NCBI GenBank assembly: GCA_043228905.1
Contig: JBHGNT010000020.1
Span: forward strand, 4,402,001-4,466,000
Source: Azolla caroliniana
Taxonomy: Eukaryota > Plantae > Polypodiophyta
Reading direction: 5' to 3'
DNA length: 64,000 bases
Shown here: positions 1 through 10,712 of the stretch, one piece after another
How positions within the stretch are numbered: the stretch's first letter is position 1
Layout: the number at the start of each line of letters is the position of its first letter
Notes under the pieces: generated by a model
The model's input: the letters and a program-made list of their open reading frames with translations, nothing else
Told to the model about the DNA's origin: nothing
Databases searched by the model: none
Program-made: the position numbers and the translations under genes

Positions 1-573
1 AGACTTTCTCCGAGCTACTTCAGTCAGGATTGCGCTCGTGACTTCGGAGTACTTAACTGCAGTTGTTGAAGCATTGCACACGGTTGTAACGAAAGTTTCC
101 CATGAAGAAGGGAGACTACTCATGAGTATCATTGCTCTGAGTTCATCCTCGATTGCCGTCCCCTGAGACGAGATTTGGGAGCTTATGCTTTCGTACTAGT
201 TGAGGTGTGCTTGAACCGAATCGGATTCTTTCATCCGTAAGTTGTAGAGGCGCCGGATCAGATACATGTTCGTTGCAGCAACCTTCTTTTCATAAGTTTC
301 CGACAGTGTTTTCCAAAGTTCAAACGTTGTTGTGCATGATTGCACTGTGAAGTACACTGACTCCGACAAGTGCATCCGAATCGTGGCGCGGACGATTCTG
401 TCCAGCTTTAGCCACTCGTTTGCCTTGTATACTTCTGGAGGATTTTCATTCTCAATCGGGTCTATCTGACCCTTGATTATGAGATAGTCCTGCATTTGTT
501 CCTTCCAGAAGTTGAAGTTCGAACCGTCGAACCTCCTTACACTCATCTCCGATGATTCGGATGTTGATGCCAT
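1..573 (-). pseudogene. gag: Copia Gag with premature stop at 196-198; runs off the window
   Basis: Motifs RFDGSNFNFWKEQMQDYL and LIRRLYNLRMKESDSVQAHLN; after the stop the frame continues as ILMSSLPSSWETFVTT. Confidence 0.85.
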
Positions 574-1157
574 CTGCTTCGGTTTCAGTTGGTAAGACTC
601 AGTTCGGAGTTGACTACGAACCTTAGTGGGGTGCAGCCGGTCGGCTCACCCGATATTGTTCTAGTCGGTTTTGAACCCGAGTCGGTTTCGTTTCAGATAC
701 TTGTTGCTGAACTTGCTCGGAGTGACTCCGGTAACTTGAGGGACAGAACCAGCTGGTCTTCCCGAATGTTGCCGAGTCGGAGTGAGCCCGGATAGCTTCC
801 GATTGTATGCCGAATACCGATTACATGAAACCGATTGTTTGGGCCGATTCTGCTTCGGATGACTGTGTCGATGAGAGGGACGGATCCAACTGATCCTCCC
901 AAATGTCGATCAACTGAGTGAAGCACGAAGTGGTTGGTTGTTGCTCAAGGAGCTCCCCTCAAGCGGTTACAATCACAGGAATAGAGTACAACCGACTAGC
1001 TTACTCCAATTTGTGATTAAACATAGTGAGATGCGAATTTTTTGTTTTTCTTCTCCCTTCTCTGTTCTTCAAAGAAAACGAAAACAGAATGTTGTGTTGT
1101 GCGATGACGGCGAGCAGCGGGTTGAAGAACCTCCAACACTCTGATACCAAATGTTGG
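1..1157 (-). mobile_element. Ty1/copia element, 5' part (PBS-Met, ~565-nt leader, gag); 5' LTR deleted except ~6 terminal bp
   Basis: CTCTGATACCA at 1139-1149 is the reverse complement of TGGTATCAGAG (tRNA-iMet PBS). It is followed by AA-TGTTGG, the typical LTR terminus. Copia gag lies at 573-1. Confidence 0.85.
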
Positions 1158-1275
1158 CGACAAGGCCGTCAATGCGGACCGGTGCGAGTATAACCTGCTA
1201 AACCGACAACCACCACCCGTCCGACGGATTGAGCCAAGAAGTAGCCGAGACGAAGATGAAGATCGTTGGCAAAGA

Positions 1276-4200
1276 ATGAACCGGTACCAACCGGCACAGG
1301 ATGTCCGGTACGGAGACAGACAAGAGAATGATGGCCGGTACGGGGATCGGCATGATAACTACGACCGGTATGAGCGATCGGACCGTTATCGGGAGTCCAA
1401 CAGACGACACGAGCAATACGACAGAGACCATTCCCCTGGTTACCGAAGGCACCAGGAGGACTACGGCCGATTTTACGATCCACCACGACAGGACTACCGA
1501 AATAAAAATAAGAATAATAAGAAACGTAATTTCAAGAAAGGTGGTCACACTAGGGACCCGGAAAATGGAACCCCAAGGAGCCAACCGGCACAGAACGCAC
1601 CACTCACTACGGGACCGACTCCGGCTACCAGCAATGCTGAATCCAGCAATACCCGTAAAGAGTACTGCTACTACTGCAGGCAGGAAGGCCACTACAGTAA
1701 CCAGTGCCCGGCAAAGAGCTACGATAAACGACCAGCAGTTAATATGGTGGTTCCGGAAGTGGCGGATGTACAGCAAGTAACCACACGGTCGAAAGGCATG
1801 GCCAAAGAGTGGGAAACACAAGAGGCCATACGAAAACAGGCAACGGAATGGGTGAAGGAAGCCAATGAAAGGAACGTCGCGGACGCGGAACGGCAAAAGG
1901 CGAATACCATAGGGAGTGCCGGCGGTAGCCACGCAGAAAACGAGACATGGCAAGCGCTGCAAGAATGTCAGATCACGTTGCCATTAGGAAGACTCTTGCA
2001 GCTCGTGCCGCGATTTACGGAAGGACTAAAAACGGTCATGACAGACGGTATAGCCCCACCGGCACCAGTCCTCTTCTCGAATCCGGAGGAGGGACCGACG
2101 GTGGTGGACACTAGTAGTCCGGTGATTACAGCTATTGTCAAAGGGCACGAACTTCCCGGCACAGTAATCGATGGAGGCTCCGGGGTGAACGTAATAAGCG
2201 TCCGCACGTGTGATGCCTTGGGTATACATGAATGGGAGCCATGTCTGTTCTGGCTACGGATGGCGGATACGAGCTCTGTACGGCCGACGGGCTTAATACG
2301 GAAATTGGAAGTCACCATAGGAGGTCACACATTTCACATCTCGGCTGTAGTGCTGCAGCTACAGGCGCAAGGCGCGTACCCACTGTTGCTGGGCAGACCA
2401 TGGTTGAAAATAGCACACATCAAGCAAAATTGGCGGAAAAATATGATTACCTTCCGACGCGGAAAAGCCAAGGTCCGGGTACCGACACAACCACGGACGA
2501 GCAACGGTAAGGAATGCACACCGCTGTATGCGGAATGCGTGAACATGCTTGAAGGGTTGGCAGACGACGAAGAAGCCCAGTACTTGGAGGAACACCCGAA
2601 GATCGTACCACTCTTCGAGATTGACGTAGCTGAAGCCGTAGCGCCATACTTGCCGCAGCGGGACGAAACCGAAGCCGAACCAGACAAAGATTCGATTCGG
2701 GAATTACGGCAAGCACAGGAAGCGTTGGAACGGGAAATGGCCGTTTCCCAACGGGTAAAAACATCCCAGCTCGACGAAGTGAACCTAGGAAGCAAGGACG
2801 AATCAAAGCCGGTACACATCGCCAAAGAAATGAAGCCGGAAGATAAAGCGGCGATGATCAAACTTCTCACGGAGTTTCGCGACGTATTCGCCTGGTCATA
2901 CGAAGACATGCGAGGGCTGGACCCTCAATTATATCAGCATCAGATCCACTTAGGCAAGGACGCGAAACCAGTGGCGCAAAGACGTTACCGAATGAACCCC
3001 AACTACGCCGCCAAAGTGAAGGAGGAAATCGACAAACTCCTAAGAGTGGGCTTCATCCGGCCGGTAAAGAAAGCGACGTGGCTGAGCCCCATCGTCGTCA
3101 TCCCAAAGAAGAACGGTAAAATCCGCGTGTGTGTAGATTACAGGAAACTAAATGCAGCCACAATTACGGATGCATTCCCTCTTCCGTTCACGGATGGAGT
3201 ACTGGATGCCGTCGCCGGCCATGAAGTTTATAGCTTTTTAGACGGGTTCAGCGGATACAATCAAATCCGGATGCACCCTGACGACCAGGAGAAGACACCG
3301 TTCGTCACCGAATGGGGGGTGTTTGTAGCCGTAGTAATGATGTTCGGACTCAAAACGGCACCAACAACTTTCCAGCGAATCATCATGGAGATCTTCGGCG
3401 AATACATTCCAGCCTTCATGCAGGTTTTCCTGGATGACTTTGCAGTCTATAGCCGGGAAAAAGACCATTTGCAGCACCTACGGTTATGCCTTGAAAAGTG
3501 TAGGTTATACCGGCTAAGCTTAAACCCAGCAAAATGCATCTTTGGGGTTTCAAGTGGAATCTTACTGGGACACATTGTAAGTAAGGAGGGCATTGCGGTC
3601 GACCCGGACAAAGTAAACGCGATACTAGGGGCACCGGCGCCGAAAACGGCCAAAGCACTAAGCCGATTCTTAGGACAAATCCGGTGGCACAGCCGGATGC
3701 TCCGTCACTTGGCTGACTTGGCTACACCATTACACACCGCGGTACATCGGACACCGTTCCAATGGACGGATACAAAGGATAAGGCATACAATGCCCTGAA
3801 GGTACTGTTGTCGCAAGCACCCGTCGTGCAGCCTCCAGATTGGAGCAAGGAATTTCATGTGTTCGTTGACGCTTCCGACATCGCTATCGGCAGCACCTTA
3901 ATGCAACTTACGGAGCCTAAATGGTACCGGCCGGTATATTACGCCAGCCGGAAGCTGTCCCAAGCGGAGAAGAACTATTCGACGACGGAACGGGAGGCCC
4001 TGGGCATGATCTACAGTGTAACAAAGTTTCGTCATTACCTATTGGGAAGGAAGTTCTCCTTTCATGTGGATCACTCGGCGCTCCTATACTTAGTGTCCAA
4101 GGCGTCCCTGACCGGTAAGTTGGCCCGTTGGACCTTGCTGTTGCAGGAGTTCGAATTCGAGATCTTCCACCGGCCCGGTATCCAGCATGCCGTAGCAGAC

Positions 4201-5745
4201 TATCTGAGCCGGTTAGAGTCCGGAGAATCAGGCGACGGAGTATCAGATGAATTCCCGGACGCAGAGTTATTCCGTATCACCCCGGAAACGGCAGCGGACG
4301 ACACGGTGGCATCAAAAGATAGGTGGCTAACAAACATGCACCAGTTCCTAAGCACGGGCCTGCCACCGGAGGAAATGAACCGGGACGAGAGGAAACGACT
4401 GGCGGTGCAGAGCCGCAATTTCTGTCTGTTACGGGGCACTCTCTACCACAAGGGAGCAGATGGAATATGGAGACGGGCAGTCCGTAGTGACGAGAAACAA
4501 GTAATCTTACGGGAAGCACACTGTGGGGTTGCCGGAGGACACTATGCCGGGGAAGCGACGGCAAGGAAAGTATGGCAGAGCGGCTTATGGTGGCCCACGA
4601 CGTTAAAAGACGCCGTCAAGTATGCTAAGGAATGTGACCTATGCCAACGAATGGGCCAGCCTACGGAGCAAGCACGGATGCCACACCAACCGGTACTTCC
4701 ACTAGAGCCATTCCAGAAGTGGGGGTTGAATTTTGTCGGACCGTTCAAGCCACCGGCAATGAGAACGGGTAATCGTTATGTCATCGTGGCAACAGATTAT
4801 TGCACTAAATGGGTGGAGGCTAAGGCCTTGAGAGACAACACCGCATCATCCACAGCAAAATTCCTGTACGAGAACATTTGGTGCCGATATGGATGTCCGA
4901 TTGAATTAATCAGCGACCAAGGAGGGCACTTTCTCGGCCAGGTAGTTGAAAGCTTAACAACGTTCTATGCCGTGGTCCATAAACGGAGCACACCGTACTA
5001 CCCACAAGCAAACGGGTTTGCAGAGTCAACCAACAAAACGCTCCAGAACATTCTCCGCAAAATCGTCAATGAAAACCGGACGGACTGGGATACAAAGCTC
5101 CATAGCGCGCTATGGGCGTACCGAACGGCATACAAAACAAGTATCCGGACAACGCCGTTCCGGTTAGCGTTCGGCTTAGAGGCGGTCATGCCGGTGGAAT
5201 TTCAGGTACCAAGCTTATGGATCCAACTACGGGAACGGCTGAATGAAAAGGAGTCGGAGGAAATGCGGCTAGCAGCACTATGCGAACTGGAGGAGCAACG
5301 GCTGGCCAGCATCCTACACATGGAACTGGAGCAACGACGACGGAAAGCGTTCGTTGACCGTCACCGGAAAGGTAATGAAAAGATGTTCGAAATCGGAAAG
5401 CCGGTGCTAGTATTCCAAACGAGGATGGGCAAGATGCCGGGTAAACTCCGGTTTAGATGGACAGGCCCGTATTGGCTGACACGGGAATACAACGGGTCCT
5501 ATCAGTTAGGGACACTTGCCGGTGAAGTGCTAGGCAACTGGGTCAACGGATTTAGACTAAAGCCCTATAAAGGACCGATGCCAAGTAACCCGTTTATGCA
5601 GCCCACCGGCACTATACCGGGAACCTGTCCGGGAACGGTACGGATGGAAGAAAAAGACGACGGACAACCCGTAGCAGAGGTGAAGGAAGACACGGCAACC
5701 CCTAAGGAAAACGGTAAGGGTCCGAAGGGACCTACGGATGTGTAA
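1276..5745 (+). CDS. gag-pol: Gypsy Gag(C-terminal part)-Pol polyprotein, 1489 aa; frame stays open upstream to the 1157 junction
   Basis: Zn knuckle CYYCRQEGHYSNQC, protease IDGGSGVN, RT LDGFSGYNQI...FLDDF, RNase H VDAS/TEREAL/HVDH/ADYLS, integrase HHCC + SDQG + AESTNK, and WTGPY motif. No chromodomain. Confidence 0.95.
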   Translation: MNRYQPAQDVRYGDRQENDGRYGDRHDNYDRYERSDRYRESNRRHEQYDRDHSPGYRRHQEDYGRFYDPPRQDYRNKNKNNKKRNFKKGGHTRDPENGTPRSQPAQNAPLTTGPTPATSNAESSNTRKEYCYYCRQEGHYSNQCPAKSYDKRPAVNMVVPEVADVQQVTTRSKGMAKEWETQEAIRKQATEWVKEANERNVADAERQKANTIGSAGGSHAENETWQALQECQITLPLGRLLQLVPRFTEGLKTVMTDGIAPPAPVLFSNPEEGPTVVDTSSPVITAIVKGHELPGTVIDGGSGVNVISVRTCDALGIHEWEPCLFWLRMADTSSVRPTGLIRKLEVTIGGHTFHISAVVLQLQAQGAYPLLLGRPWLKIAHIKQNWRKNMITFRRGKAKVRVPTQPRTSNGKECTPLYAECVNMLEGLADDEEAQYLEEHPKIVPLFEIDVAEAVAPYLPQRDETEAEPDKDSIRELRQAQEALEREMAVSQRVKTSQLDEVNLGSKDESKPVHIAKEMKPEDKAAMIKLLTEFRDVFAWSYEDMRGLDPQLYQHQIHLGKDAKPVAQRRYRMNPNYAAKVKEEIDKLLRVGFIRPVKKATWLSPIVVIPKKNGKIRVCVDYRKLNAATITDAFPLPFTDGVLDAVAGHEVYSFLDGFSGYNQIRMHPDDQEKTPFVTEWGVFVAVVMMFGLKTAPTTFQRIIMEIFGEYIPAFMQVFLDDFAVYSREKDHLQHLRLCLEKCRLYRLSLNPAKCIFGVSSGILLGHIVSKEGIAVDPDKVNAILGAPAPKTAKALSRFLGQIRWHSRMLRHLADLATPLHTAVHRTPFQWTDTKDKAYNALKVLLSQAPVVQPPDWSKEFHVFVDASDIAIGSTLMQLTEPKWYRPVYYASRKLSQAEKNYSTTEREALGMIYSVTKFRHYLLGRKFSFHVDHSALLYLVSKASLTGKLARWTLLLQEFEFEIFHRPGIQHAVADYLSRLESGESGDGVSDEFPDAELFRITPETAADDTVASKDRWLTNMHQFLSTGLPPEEMNRDERKRLAVQSRNFCLLRGTLYHKGADGIWRRAVRSDEKQVILREAHCGVAGGHYAGEATARKVWQSGLWWPTTLKDAVKYAKECDLCQRMGQPTEQARMPHQPVLPLEPFQKWGLNFVGPFKPPAMRTGNRYVIVATDYCTKWVEAKALRDNTASSTAKFLYENIWCRYGCPIELISDQGGHFLGQVVESLTTFYAVVHKRSTPYYPQANGFAESTNKTLQNILRKIVNENRTDWDTKLHSALWAYRTAYKTSIRTTPFRLAFGLEAVMPVEFQVPSLWIQLRERLNEKESEEMRLAALCELEEQRLASILHMELEQRRRKAFVDRHRKGNEKMFEIGKPVLVFQTRMGKMPGKLRFRWTGPYWLTREYNGSYQLGTLAGEVLGNWVNGFRLKPYKGPMPSNPFMQPTGTIPGTCPGTVRMEEKDDGQPVAEVKEDTATPKENGKGPKGPTDV

Positions 5746-5845
5746 GATCACATACCGTCAATTAATTAATTAATTTAAAAAAAGAAAAAAGAAAAAAAAG
5801 AAATCATTAAAAATCGAGGTATGAACGGACGTGAAAGGAAGGAGC

Positions 5846-5930
5846 GAAAAGGTATGTAGTGGGCATTTAAGAGCCGCCACATCACTTAATACTAAATTGG
5901 TACACGACGTGCGCATGCTCGAAAAAGGCG
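5846..5930 (+). promoter_or_regulatory. Conserved non-coding block upstream of ORF2 (candidate internal promoter or splice signal)
   Basis: GAAAAGG..CATTTAA..CCACA..TACT..TGGTACACGAC.TGC..AAAAGGCG recurs at 20281-20375 in the diverged sibling. Confidence 0.5.
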
Positions 5931-6130
5931 CCAAGACGCACAGAGAAAAAGCAGAACGCATGGAGACCTTTTCATTTCGCGAGCCAAGAAGCACAGAAGC
6001 ACCAAGGCGGTTGAAGCTTATCAGACGCGAACCTGCACTCAGAGAACCCCCACGTTCGGAACTCTCTCTCTCTCGCTCTCACTCTCATCACCACTCTACC
6101 TCGCCATCTTTCCTCGACCTCGAAGCAGAC

Positions 6131-8799
6131 ATGGACCCACAAACGCTGTCGGAAGCTGCCAGGAAATGGCTCAGGCAACACGGACTTGATGGGTTCTTGA
6201 CCATCATGGAGGCACCACCGCACAAAGAAGCCGACCGGGTCATCAAGGAGCTCGACACAGAATTCATCACCGAGGAAGCGATCCGTGCGCTAACAGGCCT
6301 TCCGGAGGGAGGTATTTTTCAGATCGATAACCCAACCTCGGAGCAACTCATCCGATATTTCGGTGAGTACTCTCTAGCTGGCAAAGGCTATCGAACGCAG
6401 GGCGGCGAAGATCCGCTATTCAGGGAGATAGCTCGAGTGCTCCATGAGTACGGCCACGTGTACCCCCGACCCCCTGTCATGCCAAAAAATCGGGCAAGGA
6501 TGATCATAGCCACCTATGAAGGGATCAAGGTGGATTGGCCGGTGTTGATTGCAGACGGTTTGTGCGCGGCAATCGACACGGTACGAGGAAAGGACGGCAA
6601 GGAGGGCCGGAAGCTGTGGCATGCCGTAGCTCAGTGGATAACATTGCTCGTGCCGCCGGTCGAGACCGTCCAGCCAAAGAAGCGACCAAGATTATCGGAA
6701 GGAAGCACCTCGAAGCCCGCGTCCAAACGACAGCAGCTGCTGGCGTCGAAGGCGACGAAAGGGAAGAAACGGCTCCCAGAACCGGAGGAGGTGTCACCGG
6801 TCCAACCCGTTAAGATAACCATACGGCGACCGGGACAGAAGGAACCGGAACCCTTGACGGCACAGATACATGCCGTTACCCAGGAAGAGGAAACGGAGGA
6901 GCCAGTAGAGCACCTCCAACGACGGTCAAGAAGTAGAACCGCCGGGACAGCGGGGGAGCGTTCGGACCCGCAAAAGGAAGAAACGCCCCCAACTCAACCT
7001 GAGCAAACCACAAGGGAGGAACCGGAACCGGTGCGTATAGAACCGGCCTTGTCGACTTCTATACAAGAAGTCATTCCAACGGCTCCGGAGACGGCGAGAA
7101 CCGGAACTCAACAGCCGGCGAGCCCAGCCAGCACACACAGCGGCCAAGGAGTAGAACCAGAACGGCAGATACAGGCACTCAGGCCAGACAATTCCACAGT
7201 GAACGAGCCGACCCGACCAGTACAGCAGCAAGGCACCAGTAGCATGTGGCTACGGTGGGTAGGCGAGCAAATCGCCGGAGCGGTCGAGTACATAGAGGCG
7301 GAGGAGAGAGCGCACCACGAACGGTTGCTCGTCACAACCGTAGATCTAGAGACGGCCCGGTCCAGAATCTGGAGCCTTGAACAAGACTTGGACAGGGTCA
7401 CAAGGGAAATGGCTCAATTGGCTTTGACAACACCAGTCCAAGCACCGGTGACTCCGGGCAATGTACAGAATAAAGCGTCAGATCAACCTGTACATAGCAA
7501 TCAGACCCCGGCAACGGAAACCGTTCCGGAGAGAAATGCGGCACAAGCCCAAGAGCTTGCGGACTTAAAGGATGAGCTAGCTGCCCAAGAAGCGCTGAGG
7601 AGCCGCGAAAGAGAGTTGAAGACGGCAGCGGAGGCAGAACTCAAAAAGACTGCTGAGAATCTACGCTGGGCCGAGGAGAGCTTACGAAAAGGCCACCAAG
7701 CGTACGACCGGCTCAAGGAGGAGAAGGAGAAAATGCTGCAAGAGAAGGACAGGCTCGGAGAAACGCCGAAACAGAAGTAGAGCGCCTGAAAGAGGAACTC
7801 CGGCAGCTAAAGGACCGGGAGGACCGGAACCATCGCCAGATCAACGGCAAGCTCAAACAAAAAACGGAGGAATTTGAGCACTTGCACCGGGAGTATAAAC
7901 GGTTGCAAACGGAGCACAAGGAACGGACGGATGAGCTCCGACAAGCAGTTGATTGGACCGCAACGGCATACGCTAATGAACAAGCGGAAACCAGAAGACG
8001 GTTGGAAGAGGCGGAGAAGGTTCGGACAGAGCTCCTCAGGCAACAGCAGGCGGAAAGAGAAAGAGCGACGGAGGTACTGCAGAAGCTGCAAACAACATAT
8101 CAAGGGCAGCTGACGCGCTACAGAGAGCAGGCGGAGGATACAGCTAATCTCATCAAGCAGTTGAAGGAGGAACGACAAGTTGTGGAAAGTAGAGCGCAAA
8201 TGGGAGCAAGTCGCATCCAGGATATCATGCGGGCCTGGTTGAACCAGACCAGGAGCTTGATTGACAACGGTTCCGTCAAATGGTGGACCAAGTGGGCCCC
8301 GAACGCGGCGGAACTCCAATTGCTCCGGGCCGACATAGAGAACCGGCAGAAGGAGGGAGATGATTGCTATATGCTGACTTCCGAAGACTTCACCGGCATA
8401 AGAGATGAGCTGGCCGAAGACTTTCAAGCCTTGGCAGAGGACCAACTAGGGCAAGTCCAGAAACTTGTAGCTCAGCTGGACGACGACAGGCTGGAGGCGC
8501 AGATCCAGTTTGAAAGCTACGAGAGGTCCCGGATCCGGGAAGAGAAAGCACGAGAACCGGTTACGGTCAACCTCAGTGATGAGGAACCGTTACTGGAAGG
8601 AGACCGGACCGGAAGCAGTCAAACGGGGATGCCGGAGTCAGAGAAACAAACGGAGCAGCCGCCTATAGAGCAACCGGAGCAGTCTCAGTCCCAACCGCAA
8701 CCACAGCAGCAGCAGCAAGCACAGCCGCAACAACCACAACCGGAAGAACAATTGGAAACTCTGGAACAAAGTATTTTGGACAATTTGGGTGAACAATGA
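6131..8799 (+). pseudogene. ORF2, ~890 aa: globular N-terminal domain, disordered linker, long coiled coil; one frameshift near 7750
   Basis: ORFs 5831-7780 and 7882-8799 join through a 1-nt shift (EKD/QARRNAETEVERLKEEL). The N-terminus has a homologue at 20540-20640. Confidence 0.75.
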
Positions 8800-8812
8800 A
8801 GGGGCCGAGAAG

Positions 8813-8849
8813 GGTTCGACGTACAAGGTACTGTCCCACGGGCGTGCCA
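8813..8849 (+). other. tRNA-Arg-like 3' end (inverted PBS) at the position where the PPT should be
   Basis: GGGTTCGAC-GTACAAGGTAC-TGTCCCACGGGCGTGCCA ends 2 nt before the LTR TG. Confidence 0.75.
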
Positions 8850-8851
8850 TG

Positions 8852-9235
8852 TGTTACCGGCCGGCAAGGAGTCCAAAATACGGAGTGAAGGAATTAATTA
8901 AGTATGGTTGTAAATAAGCATAGTATGGACGGACGGACTGGAAACGGTATGCCGTTCCAGATCCGGACGGATCCCGAATAGGTGCGATAGGCACCGTTTT
9001 GTACTACGGACCGGAAACCTATTTAAAGGCCCAGAGCCCATTGTAATCGCAGCGGATAATTAATAGAGCGTATGGTGTTTATACTTCTGTGTTGATTTCC
9101 GTTCTGTAATTACTGTTATATCTTACGCGTGTAATTAACAAGAGCGCTCTAATCGTGTAACCTACTTAGGTCGGTGTAATCGTTGAGTCATAATCCTATG
9201 CCGTAATCACCCTTTGGTGATGTGTCTCCGTGACA
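8852..9235 (+). repeat. 3' LTR of gypsy family A
   Basis: Termini TGTTACCGG...CCGTGACA and a plus-strand TATTTAAAGG at ~9020. No partner LTR is in the window, so the ends are inferred. Confidence 0.7.
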
Positions 9236-10689
9236 CCTTGTGTTAGGCCTTGTCCGGTCAGAGAACAACAAAGAAGGAATCGCGGTGGATCCGGACAAGG
9301 TGACAACCATCTTAAAAGCACCGACACCAACTAACGCCAAGGCATTCAGCCGGTTTTTAGGATAGATCCGGTGGTACAGCTAGATGCTCCGCTACCTAGC
9401 AAACTTCGCAACTCCACTACACGCGGTGGTGCACCGGGTACCCTTTCAATGGATGGAGCAAGAGGATAAAGCGTACCAAGCATTGAAGGTGATGTTTTCA
9501 CAGGCCCCAGTAGTACAACCTCCGGACTGGAAGAAAGATTTTCACGTGTTCGTGGAGGGGTGCGACATAGCAATAGGAAGTGTTCTGATGTAGCTGACAA
9601 AACCTAGGTGGTACCGCCCAGTGTATTACGCGAGTCGAAAACTCTCAAAGGCAGAACGAGATTATTCTACAACGGAGAGAGAAGCCCTCAGGATGATGTA
9701 TAACGTCACAAAGTACCGACAGATGCAAGTTTTTCTTCCACGTGGACCATTCGGCATTAGTATATTTGGTATCCAAGGCATCACTAACCGGTAAATTAAC
9801 ACGGTGGACATTATTGTTGTAAGAATTAGAATTTGAAATATTCCACCGACCAGGAGTACAACACACGGTGGTGGACTACTTTGAGCCAGTTGGAATCCGA
9901 AGAGGCAGGTGACGGAGTCTGAGATGAGTTCCCGAATGCAGAGCTATTCAAAGTCACCGCGAATACAGTAGTGGATGAAACAATGGCTGGCGAGTATATA
10001 TGGCTTACCAACATGCATCAATTCCCAAGTACAAGACTGCCTTCGGAAGAGCTAAGCCGGGATGAACGGAAACGGTTAGCGGTCTTGAGTCGACATTGTT
10101 GTTTGATATAGGATACACTCTATCACAAGGGAGGGAACGAAATCTGGCGGCGTGTGGTAAGTAGTGACGAGAAGGAAGTGATTTTATGAGAGGCCCATTG
10201 TGGGTGCTGGAGGCCACTATGCTGGAGACGCCTGTTACCATATGAGATGTACAAGTGATTGATAAGTGTGATAAGTGAGGGTGAAAGATGTAATGTGTTG
10301 ATATGTATGTGTAATGTTATACGATTATGAGTGTGAATGTAAGTGTGAGTGTAGTAGATACAAAGAGGTGTGAGTAGTGACTAGGTGTGAATGGGCTTCC
10401 ACCCTTGTGTATCTACCCCTTTGTACCTATTTAACTCCTTATGGGGAATGAATGAATACAATGAACATTTCTCTCTCTCTCTCCCTCTTAACGTTGAACC
10501 CCCTTGGGAGGGTGGTGGAGCCATTCTAGGCACCAACCCCCACCCCTCAATGCTTCTTAATGCTTGTCTTCTTCTTCATGTTCTCTCTCACCATCATACC
10601 AATCTCCACAATTGCACCATGTCTATCTTCATTATCAATCATCATTATCATTATTAGTAACCCTAACCCTAAAAATCTACAACACTTTT

Positions 10690-10712
10690 TGGCAACCACT
10701 AAGGCGACTCCC
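10690..10712 (+). promoter_or_regulatory. Candidate PBS (TGGCAACCACT...), probably tRNA-Arg type
   Basis: TGG lies 5 nt after the LTR CA and resembles TGGCGACCAC. The tRNA assignment is from memory and tentative. Confidence 0.6.

Larger units (their letters stand above)
1158..9235 (+). mobile_element. Ty3/gypsy family A, 5'-truncated: gag-pol + ORF2 + 3' LTR
   Basis: Domain order PR-RT-RH-IN, a downstream second ORF, and an LTR reading TGTTAC...GTGACA. Confidence 0.92.

Noticed and set aside
7735-7780. Programmed frameshift within ORF2
   Set aside because: No slippery heptamer is present; a 1-nt deletion or sequencing error is simpler.
8813-8849. Complete tRNA gene or tRNA-derived SINE
   Set aside because: No D-arm, anticodon arm, 5' acceptor strand, A box, tail or TSD is visible. 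Only the 3' segment is present.
10658-10673. TAACCCTAACCCTAAA as an interstitial telomere
   Set aside because: Only two units, present in both LTRs. It is a telo-box-like LTR motif common in plant elements.
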